A stretch of DNA of 64,000 nucleotides, from assembly GCF_029937575.1 (NCBI RefSeq), contig NZ_JAPYPS010000016.1, positions 3,706-67,705 on the forward strand, written 5' to 3'. Origin of the DNA: Nocardioides sp. (GTDB lineage: Bacteria; Actinomycetota; Actinomycetes; Propionibacteriales; Nocardioidaceae). This document shows positions 1-9,000 of the stretch, piece after piece; position 1 is the stretch's first letter; each line of letters starts with the position of its first letter. The position numbers were made by a program, and so were the translations under genes. The notes under the pieces were generated by a model. It was given only the letters and a program-made list of their open reading frames with translations. It was not told the origin of the DNA and did no database searches.

Positions 1-3000
1 GAACGTGCCGGACTGGTGCCCGGACAGCACGAGCTTGACGTTGGGGTACGGATCGATCAGCTCGTTGATCATCGGGTTCGAGTACGGGTTGTTCGCGTCG
101 CGCGCCCACAGGTGGTGGTGGGTCGCCATGATGACGCTGTGCTCCGGGTGGGAGCCGATCACCGACTGGGCCCAGGCGACACCGGCGGCCGAGTTCTTGG
201 CCCCCGGCTCGACCGACCAGTGCCCCAGCTGGAGCCACAGGATCTTCGCACCGTTGATCTCACCGGTGTAGAAGAAGTTGTCGATGTCGTGGTTGCCTCC
301 CCACGTCCACGGCGATCCCTCGAGACCGTCCTGGAAGCGCTTCATCGGGAAGTACTTCTGCAGCATCTGCCGACCGTTGTACGACTCGTTGTAGTCGTGG
401 TTGCCCCAGGAGATCGCCAGCGGGATGTCCGCCTCCTCCAAGGCCAGAGCGGACGGCTCGGCGTTGCGCCACTGCCACTCGTCCTCGAACTCCTCCTTGT
501 TGACCCAGTCACCGGCCTGGACGACCATCGCGGTCTTGCGCTCCTCCGCCTTCTCCGCGATGTACTCGAACTGCTCGGTCATGGTCCACGGAGTCGCCTG
601 CGAGTAGAGCTGTGTGTCGCCGACGTGGTTGAAGGACCAGTCGTAGTCGTCGGCCGACGGCAGCACGTCATCGAAGTTCTCGCCCTCGGCCCACGGAAGA
701 GCCGTGAGTCCGCGCCAGACGAGCACGGTCAGCACCCGCTGCGCCGAGACCGGGTTGTCGGCCGCCGTGGTCCGTACGTCGAGGTTGACCGCGTCGCCGC
801 TCGGGCTGGCGTCGGCCTCCTTGAGCAGCCACTCCTGCGCAGCGGTGTCCCACACCCAGGCGGACACGGTCCGGGTGTCGGCCCTGCCTCGCCAGGAGAA
901 GTGCCACTCGCCCTCCGCGGCCTGCTCCTCGGTGAGGGCCAGACGGTAGATCTGGAAGGGGTTGGTGTCCTCGCCCACGCTCGACGGCGTCAGCTCGCTC
1001 GTCGCAGAGCCGCTCGACGGAGTCAGCGCGCTCGGCTCGCGCGCGGAGCTGACGCCCGTGCGGACCTGTACGTTGCTCGAGTCCAGCGCCACGGACTCGT
1101 TCGCGTAGTACTGGGCCGACACCCTCTCCGGCAGGTCGGACTGCGGGGTGACGTGCAGTCGGAGCGAGTCGTTGGCGGGGCGCTGCGCGTCGGTGAGCGG
1201 AGTCGCCGGGGCAGTCGTGTCGCTCACGTCGAGGACGAGCACCGACGGCTCGGAGACCAGGCTCGGGTCGGCGCTGGCCGCGGCGGAGAAGACGACCTCG
1301 ACGTCCGGTCCGGTGCTCAGCACGGGCACGTCCACCGTGAACACTCCTGCCTCCACCTGCTGCTCGAAGACCGTCGCCCCGTCGATGGCCGCACTCAGCA
1401 GCGAGCGCCTGGACACCGAACCGAACACCTCGACCGCACCTGCCTCGATCTCGGCCCCGTCACCGGGACGGCCCAGCGCGAGCACGAGCTCGTCGTCGGC
1501 CTTCGTCTCCCGGCCGCCGAACCGTACGGCGTCGCCGAAGTAGTTGTCGGCACGGAAGGCGTCCAGCTCCGGGATGAACTGCGTGCTGGCGATCCAGAGC
1601 TCGTCGACGACCCCGTGGAACGGCGCCAGCAACCGGTTCGGGTCGTCCGGGTCCACGCCCGCGTCGCCCACGGTCAGCGGTGCGTCGAAGAGGTTCGGGA
1701 ACCGCTTGCCCTCGGCCATCGCCGAGTGGACCTCGGCCCCGTCGACGAAGACCGCGTAGGTCATCTCGTCGAAGGTGACCGTGACCACGTGGGGCTCGGC
1801 GTCCTTGGCGAGCTGCGCCGTGGCGTCGTCGTACGGCGTCAGCGCCTGGAACAGGCCGTCCGCCTTGCGCATGCCGATCTCCATGCTCGGCTCGTCAGCC
1901 CCGGGCACACTGCGCGCGACGAGGGCGTTGCTGTCGCCGCCGATGGCGGCCATGTCCTCGGGGGTGAGGCTGAAGATGGCCGAGACGGTGAACTTCTTGG
2001 CGTTGGCGCCGATGTTGCCGCCGTACTGCAGGCGCGAGGAGACGAAGCGCGCCGATCCGCTCGCGGGCAGCGCGGAGGAGGAGTTGGTGTCCGATTCCAG
2101 CTCGGAGCCCACGAGGGTGCCGGCGACCTTGCCGGTCGCGTCGGTGCGAGCCTCGCCGACGGCGATGTCGGCGTTGAAGTGCTCGACGAGCTCGAACTCC
2201 TCGGCCCACACGTCGCGGGGGTCGTTGCCGGGCGACCCGAGGCCGCCGAAGTAGGCCCAGACCACCTGCGACTCCCGCTTCGACAGCGTGTCGAGGCGCA
2301 CCCAGACGACCGAGGTGCCACCGGGTTGCCAGGTCTCGACCTCGAAGGGCACCGGAACGCTGCGGTCGGTGAACACCGCGAACGCGTCCGCTGTGACGTC
2401 GGGGGTGTCCTCGACCTGCAGTCGCACGGGCACCTCGGTGAGGGTCCGACGCTGGTCGTTGGTCACGGTGATCGGCTCGCGCTGCGTGGCGCCGGGATCC
2501 GCCCAGGCGACCTCGCTGCCGTCCTCGGAGGCGACGCCGTGCAGCACCCGCAGTGCGGCCTCGGCGGCCTTGAGCCGGTCCAGGTGGTCGAGGGCCGTGC
2601 GTTGCGCCTTCGTCAGTCCCTTCACGGCGCTGCGTCCCGCAGCGACGGCGGGCTCGTCCTCCAGCGTCACGTCGGGTGCCGGCGGCAGCGCGGCGAGCTG
2701 GTCGTCGACCACAGACATCTCGCGGTCGACGCCGAAGCCCTCCGCGAAGTAGCTCACGCCGTTGCCGTTGACCTCGTGGCGGTTGATCGTCAGCCTGTCG
2801 TCGGTCACCTCGACCTCGAGGAACGACGGGTGGGAGTTGCTCGTGAAGCTGAGACCGCCACCGAGCCGCTCGAAGAGGCCCAGGTAGTCGTCCTCGCTGA
2901 TCTCCTCGGGGTGGCCGTCCTCGAGCTGGCTGTAGTGCTTGGCGCCCGCGGTGCCGGGGTTGACGAACAGCGTGCCCTCGGGGTCGACCTTGTACTCCAC

Positions 3001-6000
3001 CCGGACACCACCGATCACCTCCTCGATGACCTCGGCCTCGGGGTCGGCCGCACGGGCCTTCACCGGTGACGACGGATCCGAGAAGAGCTCCTTGGTGCGA
3101 CTCCAGTAGTGGTCGTGGCCCTGGAGCACGAGGTCGATGTCAAGCTCGTCGATCAGCGGCACGAGGCGCTCGCGCATCCCCATGATCTCCTCGTCGAACG
3201 GGTGCGCCCCCGCCGTGTAGGGACCCTTGTGGGTGGTCAGGATGATCCACTTCGCACCGTTGTCGCGCGCCGCACCGACGTCCTCGCGGATCCACTCGAA
3301 CTGCTCGTCGCTGATGATCTCGCAGCCCTCCGGGTTGCCGAAGCCGTGGAGCTGGCACCCGCCCCGACCCTCGTTGGTGTTCAGCATCACGAAGTGGGCG
3401 TCGTTGTAGTCGTAGGAGTAGTAGACGCCGGCAGAGGTGTTCTGATCCCCGGATGCCTGCAACGTGAAGTGCTGGGTGAACTCGTCCGGCGCGCTGTCAT
3501 GGTTGCCCGAGACGGGCGCCATGGTGCTCGCCAGCAGGCTCTCCTGCGCGGCGCCGAGCATGTCGCTCCAGTCCAGCTCGTCGTCGCTGACCTGCACCAC
3601 GTCGCCGGCGTGCACGATGAACTCCGACTCCGGCACCGTCCTGAGCGCCTGCGCGATCGTCTTGGCGGACACCACTGCATCGGCACCACCCCCGCGCGCC
3701 TGCGTGTCGGCGATGCCGATGAAGGAGAAGTCGTCATCACCGTCGGCCGTCTGGAACGACCCGTTCTCGCTCCACCTGCCGGTGAAGGTGTCACCTACCC
3801 GGTAGTAGTAGGTCATGCCCGGCGTCAGCCCGGTGGCGACCACGCGATAGATGGTCTCGCCCTCGTTGCTCTCCTCCGGCGAGGCGGCGAACGTCGCCGT
3901 CGCGTCGTCCGGGAAACGCGGGTCGGTGCTGACGATCGCGCCCGGCTCCACCGCATTGGTCAGCGCCTGGTACCAGGTGAAGGCCCGCTGGGTCCCGGGG
4001 TCGCCGTAGAAGGTGGAGGTGATCCGGTTCGGCATCTCCTCCGGGGCGACGTACTTGATCCTCGGCAGCAGCGTGTCGACATCCCACATCCACGCCTCGA
4101 CGAAGTCCCAGCCCAGGCCGCTGTACGTCGACTTGTTGTGCTCGTCGAGGCCATCGCCGTCGTCGCCCACGACGACGTTGCCGCTGACGGTCGTGGCGGG
4201 TCCGAGATCCGCCCCGACGACGCCGTCGGTCGCCTCGGCCGCCAGGGCGGTGCCCTCTCGGACGAGGTTGTTGCGCACGACAGCGTCGTCGGAGACCTCT
4301 GCAACCACCCCGGCGGCAATGCCCTGGACGGCGACCTCCGCCTCCGTGTCGACGTCGTGGACCGAGCTGTGCTCACGCGACTGCGCGACGACACCCGCGC
4401 CGAGCCCGGCCGCAGGCGCCGTCAGCTGCGCCTCGGTGACCTGGACCTGCGTCACCACGGCCGAGCGCGCCGGCGTCCCACCGAGCGTCACGGCCAGGCC
4501 GGCCACCTTCTCGGTGCCCGCGACGGGTGCGAGCCGCACGCCGGAGAGCGTGAGGCCGCGTACGGTGCCGTGCAGCTCGCGGAAGAGGGCGAGGTCCTCG
4601 GAGCCGGCGGTCGGTGCGTAGGTGACGTCCTCGATGGTGTGGCCGTTGCCGTCGAAGGTGCCGGAGAAACGGTCGAAGCCCCCGAACTCGGCGCCGTCGA
4701 AGTCGATGTCGGCACCGAGACGGAAGAAGTCGGACCCGTAGACGCCGTAGTCGGACTCGATGGCCGCCTGCATCGCCTCGAGGTCGGCGGGCGAGGTGAT
4801 CAGGTAGGGATCAGCAGCGGTCCCCCGTCCGTCGACACCGGCCTGCACGAACGGCGGGACCTGGGCCAGTCTCGGCACCGGGTGCCCCATCACCGGCTCC
4901 CAGCGCCAGGTGCCGGACGCGGAGAAGTCCCATCCGATGCCCTCGTAGGTGTCCTGAGCGGCCAGCTGCGCCGGCGTGGCCGGGGCACCGTCGTGGCCGA
5001 TGCTCCAGGTCGTCGCCAGCTCGCCGGGGACCGAGACCAGGTCGATGTCGCTGTCCCACGCGAGGTCGAAGGAGCCGGTGCCGGCGGTCTTGACGGCCTG
5101 CTCGACATGACCCTCGGCGTCGAAGGTGCGGTTGTTGTTGGAGTTGACGAGGTTCTGCGTGGCCGAGCCCAGCCTGCTGGCGGCGATCCACCCGGTGCCG
5201 AACGTGCGGTTGGCGTTGGTGTTGGCGTCCATGTAGATCCACCCGGACCTGACGACGTTCGCACGCATCGTGGTCGAGGCGCTCGGCACCAGGGTCACGA
5301 AGGCCGCCGATGCGCCGCTGCCCTGCGTGTCCTCGTTGAGTCGAGTGTCGACCACCAGGTTGCGCTCGATCGTGGGACTGCCGCCCGAGACCTGGTTGAG
5401 CACGGCGCTGGGGTACTTCTTGCCGATGACGTCCACGTTGTCGAGGTAGTTGTCGGCGATCACGCTGCTGCCGGAGATCCGGTTGACGAGCGCCGAGGCA
5501 CGCGAGTTGGTCGCGGTGATGGAGGCCTTGATCAGCTCGACCTTCGAGTCGATGACCGAGTTGCCACTGACCGTGACGTCGGTGCCGCTCTCCAGCAGGA
5601 CCGCTGCGAAGTGTCCGGCCGACGGCGGGTCACCTGCGACCGTGACGGTGGCTCCGACCAGGGTGAGGTCTCGGATCGTCGCGCCGGTGGCGCTGCGGAA
5701 GAAGGCGGTGCTCGTGCTCGTCGCGTAGCCACCGATGTTGCTGACGGCGTGGCCGTTGCCGTCGAAGGTCCCGGTGAACGTGTGGAACGTCGGGAACGTC
5801 GCCCCCTGGTAGTTGATGTCCGCCTCGACCCGGTAGGTCAACGGCGCATACGTCTCCGGGTCGGCGTTCACGGCCTCGGCGGCGGCCGTCAGGTCGTCAG
5901 CCGAGGCGATCAGCACGGGGTCAGCCTCGGTGCCCGACCCGCTGAGCTCGCCGACGGTGGCGGCGGCCGCCGGGCCGGCGATCACCAGCAAGGAGCCGGT

Positions 6001-6051
6001 GAGCGCCGCGGCCACGACGATCGACAGGCGGCGCGGGGAGAGCATCTTCAT
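1..6051 (-). CDS. Giant secreted multidomain surface protein, C-terminus beyond the window. Contains a signal peptide, two GLUG-type modules, a purple-acid-phosphatase-like N domain plus metallophosphoesterase, a LamG/DUF2341-like region and a second metallophosphoesterase
   Basis: The minus-strand frame phased to position 1 has no stop from ATG 6049-6051 to the window edge (2017 codons). It is absent from the ORF track only because its stop lies outside the window; + ORFs 16..3069 and 3109..6078 are its antisense shadow. The N-terminus MKMLSPRRLSIVVAAALTGSLLVIAGPAAAATV looks like a signal peptide. My translation shows two FDGNGH-type modules and MTYYYRVGD. It also shows two phosphoesterase motif sets: GIADTQ/HAGDVV/SGNHD/QGHDHY and GDTQLY/AGDWVN/WGNHDYN/ATHHHL/SGHQSG. 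Confidence 0.8.
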   Translation of the reverse strand, partial: MKMLSPRRLSIVVAAALTGSLLVIAGPAAAATVGELSGSGTEADPVLIASADDLTAAAEAVNADPETYAPLTYRVEADINYQGATFPTFHTFTGTFDGNGHAVSNIGGYATSTSTAFFRSATGATIRDLTLVGATVTVAGDPPSAGHFAAVLLESGTDVTVSGNSVIDSKVELIKASITATNSRASALVNRISGSSVIADNYLDNVDVIGKKYPSAVLNQVSGGSPTIERNLVVDTRLNEDTQGSGASAAFVTLVPSASTTMRANVVRSGWIYMDANTNANRTFGTGWIAASRLGSATQNLVNSNNNRTFDAEGHVEQAVKTAGTGSFDLAWDSDIDLVSVPGELATTWSIGHDGAPATPAQLAAQDTYEGIGWDFSASGTWRWEPVMGHPVPRLAQVPPFVQAGVDGRGTAADPYLITSPADLEAMQAAIESDYGVYGSDFFRLGADIDFDGAEFGGFDRFSGTFDGNGHTIEDVTYAPTAGSEDLALFRELHGTVRGLTLSGVRLAPVAGTEKVAGLAVTLGGTPARSAVVTQVQVTEAQLTAPAAGLGAGVVAQSREHSSVHDVDTEAEVAVQGIAAGVVAEVSDDAVVRNNLVREGTALAAEATDGVVGADLGPATTVSGNVVVGDDGDGLDEHNKSTYSGLGWDFVEAWMWDVDTLLPRIKYVAPEEMPNRITSTFYGDPGTQRAFTWYQALTNAVEPGAIVSTDPRFPDDATATFAASPEESNEGETIYRVVATGLTPGMTYYYRVGDTFTGRWSENGSFQTADGDDDFSFIGIADTQARGGGADAVVSAKTIAQALRTVPESEFIVHAGDVVQVSDDELDWSDMLGAAQESLLASTMAPVSGNHDSAPDEFTQHFTLQASGDQNTSAGVYYSYDYNDAHFVMLNTNEGRGGCQLHGFGNPEGCEIISDEQFEWIREDVGAARDNGAKWIILTTHKGPYTAGAHPFDEEIMGMRERLVPLIDELDIDLVLQGHDHYWSRTKELFSDPSSPVKARAADPEAEVIEEVIGGVRVEYKVDPEGTLFVNPGTAGAKHYSQLEDGHPEEISEDDYLGLFERLGGGLSFTSNSHPSFLEVEVTDDRLTINRHEVNGNGVSYFAEGFGVDREMSVVDDQLAALPPAPDVTLEDEPAVAAGRSAVKGLTKAQRTALDHLDRLKAAEAALRVLHGVASEDGSEVAWADPGATQREPITVTNDQRRTLTEVPVRLQVEDTPDVTADAFAVFTDRSVPVPFEVETWQPGGTSVVWVRLDTLSKRESQVVWAYFGGLGSPGNDPRDVWAEEFELVEHFNADIAVGEARTDATGKVAGTLVGSELESDTNSSSALPASGSARFVSSRLQYGGNIGANAKKFTVSAIFSLTPEDMAAIGGDSNALVARSVPGADEPSMEIGMRKADGLFQALTPYDDATAQLAKDAEPHVVTVTFDEMTYAVFVDGAEVHSAMAEGKRFPNLFDAPLTVGDAGVDPDDPNRLLAPFHGVVDELWIASTQFIPELDAFRADNYFGDAVRFGGRETKADDELVLALGRPGDGAEIEAGAVEVFGSVSRRSLLSAAIDGATVFEQQVEAGVFTVDVPVLSTGPDVEVVFSAAASADPSLVSEPSVLVLDVSDTTAPATPLTDAQRPANDSLRLHVTPQSDLPERVSAQYYANESVALDSSNVQVRTGVSSAREPSALTPSSGSATSELTPSSVGEDTNPFQIYRLALTEEQAAEGEWHFSWRGRADTRTVSAWVWDTAAQEWLLKEADASPSGDAVNLDVRTTAADNPVSAQRVLTVLVWRGLTALPWAEGENFDDVLPSADDYDWSFNHVGDTQLYSQATPWTMTEQFEYIAEKAEERKTAMVVQAGDWVNKEEFEDEWQWRNAEPSALALEEADIPLAISWGNHDYNESYNGRQMLQKYFPMKRFQDGLEGSPWTWGGNHDIDNFFYTGEINGAKILWLQLGHWSVEPGAKNSAAGVAWAQSVIGSHPEHSVIMATHHHLWARDANNPYSNPMINELIDPYPNVKLVLSGHQSGTF

Positions 6052-6059
6052 GGCGGCCT

Positions 6060-9000
6060 TCACTTCTTGTGGGTGTAGGAGAGGGCCTTCGAGGTGGCCT
6101 TGGCGTAGAACTGGTCGCCCCGGTACCTCGCGGTGACCTTGTACGTGCCACGGGGGAGCGACTTCGGGAGCTTCGCGGTCGACGTGCCGGCCTCGAGGGT
6201 CGTCGTGACCTTCTTGGTGACGCGCACCTTCCGCTTCTTGCCGCCCGCCCCCTTGGTGACCTTGCCGGTCACCTTGACGAATATGCGGCCGGACGGAGCG
6301 TCGAGACCGGCGGCCTGAGGCACCAGGGCCTTCACCTGGGTCGGGCGCTTCTTGCCCTTGGTCTTCTTGACGTAGGACAGCGACACGCGTGAGGCGACCT
6401 TGGCCTGCTTCTTCCAGGTCGCGGTGAGCACGAGGTCGCCCGCCGTGCCCGTGGGGATGACCAGGGCCGTGCTCGTCTCACCGAGGCCCGCCCAGCCCGC
6501 GAAGTCGTACCCCGTGCGGGTCGGGTTGAGGATCGTGAGCGGAGCCGACGTCACCGTGTAGGAGGTCGGGTTGCCCTCAGGGGCAGTGCCGCCGGCCAGG
6601 TCGTAGCTGATCGAGTGCACCTGGTGCCAGGTGGGCGCATAGCTGCGCAGACCCGTCGAGCCGCTGGGGATCGTCACGACGAGCGTCGGCCCGGCCAGGT
6701 CGGTCCCGGTCCAGCCGGCGAACTCGTAGCCGGCGCGAACCGGGGTGGGCAAGGTGATCTCGTCCGACTCGATCGTGTAGGTGCCCGGGGCCGGGCCGTC
6801 GAATCCCTCGTCGTCGGCGAGCTCGTAGATGATCGTGTGGACGACGGGCGTCCAGGTCGCGGTGTAGGAGCGTGCCTCCGAGGAGCCCGCGGCGACGACC
6901 ACCGTCGTGACCGCACCATTGAGGTCCGTGCCGGTCCAGCCGGCGAAGGCGTAGCCGGCGCGGGTGGGGTTGACCAGGCTGAACTCCTCGCTCTCGACGT
7001 TGTACGACGTGGGGTTGATCCCGCCCGCCGTACCGCCGGCGAGGTCGTAGCTGATCGCGTAGCCGATCGGCGTCCAGGTGGCCGTGTAGCTCCGGGTCCC
7101 GGTGGAGCCGGAGGCGACCGCGACGTCAGCGCTCGTGCCGTCGATGTCGGTGCCGGTCCAGCCCGCGAACGTGTAGCCGGCACGGGTCGGGTTCACCAGC
7201 GTGAACTGGTCGCTCTCGATCGTGTAGGACATCGGGTTGCCCTCGACCGAGCCGCCCGCGAGGTCGTAGCTGACCGCGTAGGACACGGGGGTCCAGGTGG
7301 CGGTGAACCGCAACGCCGTCGTCGGGTAGCGCGGCAGCGTCACGGCGAGCGCGGACCCGTCGACGCTCGGACCGCTCCACCCGGCGAACGTGTAGCCGAC
7401 CCGGGTCGGGTTGACCAGCGTCGTGTCGGTGGCGTAGCCGTGGGTGGCGGGGTTGGCCCCGTCGTCGGTCCCGCCGGCGAGGTCGAGGTCGAGGTCGACG
7501 CTCGGCATGCTCACCCCACGGGGAAGCGGGTGCTCGCGCTCCTCGTCCCAGCGCCAGGCACCGACCTCGGAGGAGAAGTCCCAGCCGAGCGCCTCGTACG
7601 TCGCCTGGTCGGCCAGCTCCTCGCGCGAGGTGTAGGTGCCGAGGTCACCGAGGGTCCAGGCGCCGACGGTGTCGAGCGTCGTCGAGCCGGACCAGAACAC
7701 GTCGTACGGATTCGGGGTGGGTGCGTCGGTGTGCCCGACAGGCGCCTGGGCGTCGATGTTGTTGTTGGCGTTCACCAGGTTGCCGGTGCTCTCGCACCCG
7801 GAGGCCGCGGTGCGGATCCACCCGTAGTTGGCGGGCGAGCTCTGCCGGATCGCGCCCGAGAGGACGACGTTGCCGGTGAGGGTTCCCGAGCACGAGCTGT
7901 GTCCGTTGAGGAAGGCCGCACCCGCTCCGGAGCTGCCGTTCTGCGTGATCGACGTGTCGAGGACGAGGGTCTGCGAGACCGCCGCGTCGCCGTTGGCCCA
8001 GCCGATCGCCCCACCGACACGCTTGTCGCCGTTGATGGTGACCCCGGCGAGCAGGTTGCCCACAAGGGTGTTTCCGCCGCCGACCGCCTTGCCGGCGAGG
8101 CCACCGACGCCCGAGGAGTTGTCGGTGTTGTCCGGGGACCTCACGGTCGAGCCGATCAGGGCAGAGCCGGTGATCGTGGCCCCGTCGATGCGGGCTGCGA
8201 AGCCGGCCTGCTGGACCCGGTCGGAGGAGCCGCCGGTGGTCAGCGAGGTCAGCTCGCGCAGCGTCAGGTCCCGGATCGTGCCCTCGAGGTGACGGATGAA
8301 GCCGGTCTGGGTCGAGCCGGCGTCACCGGCGTCGGCGACCGCACCAGGCTCCAGCGTCAGGTCGCTGATCGTGTGGCCGTTGCCGTCGAGCGTGCCGGAG
8401 AAGCGGTCGAAGGTCGCGAACGTCCCGCCGTCGTAGTCGATGTCCCCGGAGAGCTCGAACCACGCAGCGCCAGCGCCGCTCTGCTCCGTGTCGGCGTTGA
8501 CCATCGACGCGGCGGCGTCGAGGTCCGCGGCCGACCCCACGACGTACGGCGACCCCTCGGTGCCCTCGCCGGCGAGCTCGCTCACCACGATCGTGACCGG
8601 GCTGGGCACCGCGATGTCGTCGCCGTCGGCCGCGGTGACGGTGGCGGGGTAGCTCCCCGGGACGGTGAAGTCGACGTCGCTCACGTCGACGTCGAGCGTG
8701 CCGCGGTCGACGGTCGCGCCGAAGCGGGCGAGCAGCTCGGCGACCGTCGGGCTGCTGCCCACCTGGTAGGACGTCGTGCTGGTGACGACCGCGATGACCG
8801 GCAGCTCCACGACCGGCTCGGCCGCCGCGCGCAGCACCGGGTGCTCGGCCTCGGCATCCCATGCCCACACGGTCTCGAAGTCCCAGCCCAGGTCCTCGTA
8901 GGGGGCCGGGGTCCGCAGCTCCTCGGACGGCGTCGACGTGCCGTCGTTGCCGAGGACCCACTTGTTGGGAGCGTCGTGCGCGTAGCCACCGCCGGAGCGC

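Noticed and set aside
16-6078. Long + strand ORFs 16..3069 (1017 aa) and 3109..6078 (989 aa)
   Set aside because: Their translations are Arg/Val/Gly/Asp-rich nonsense with no motifs. The opposite strand in the same phase encodes a coherent signal-peptide protein with clear phosphoesterase motifs. They are GC-driven antisense shadows.
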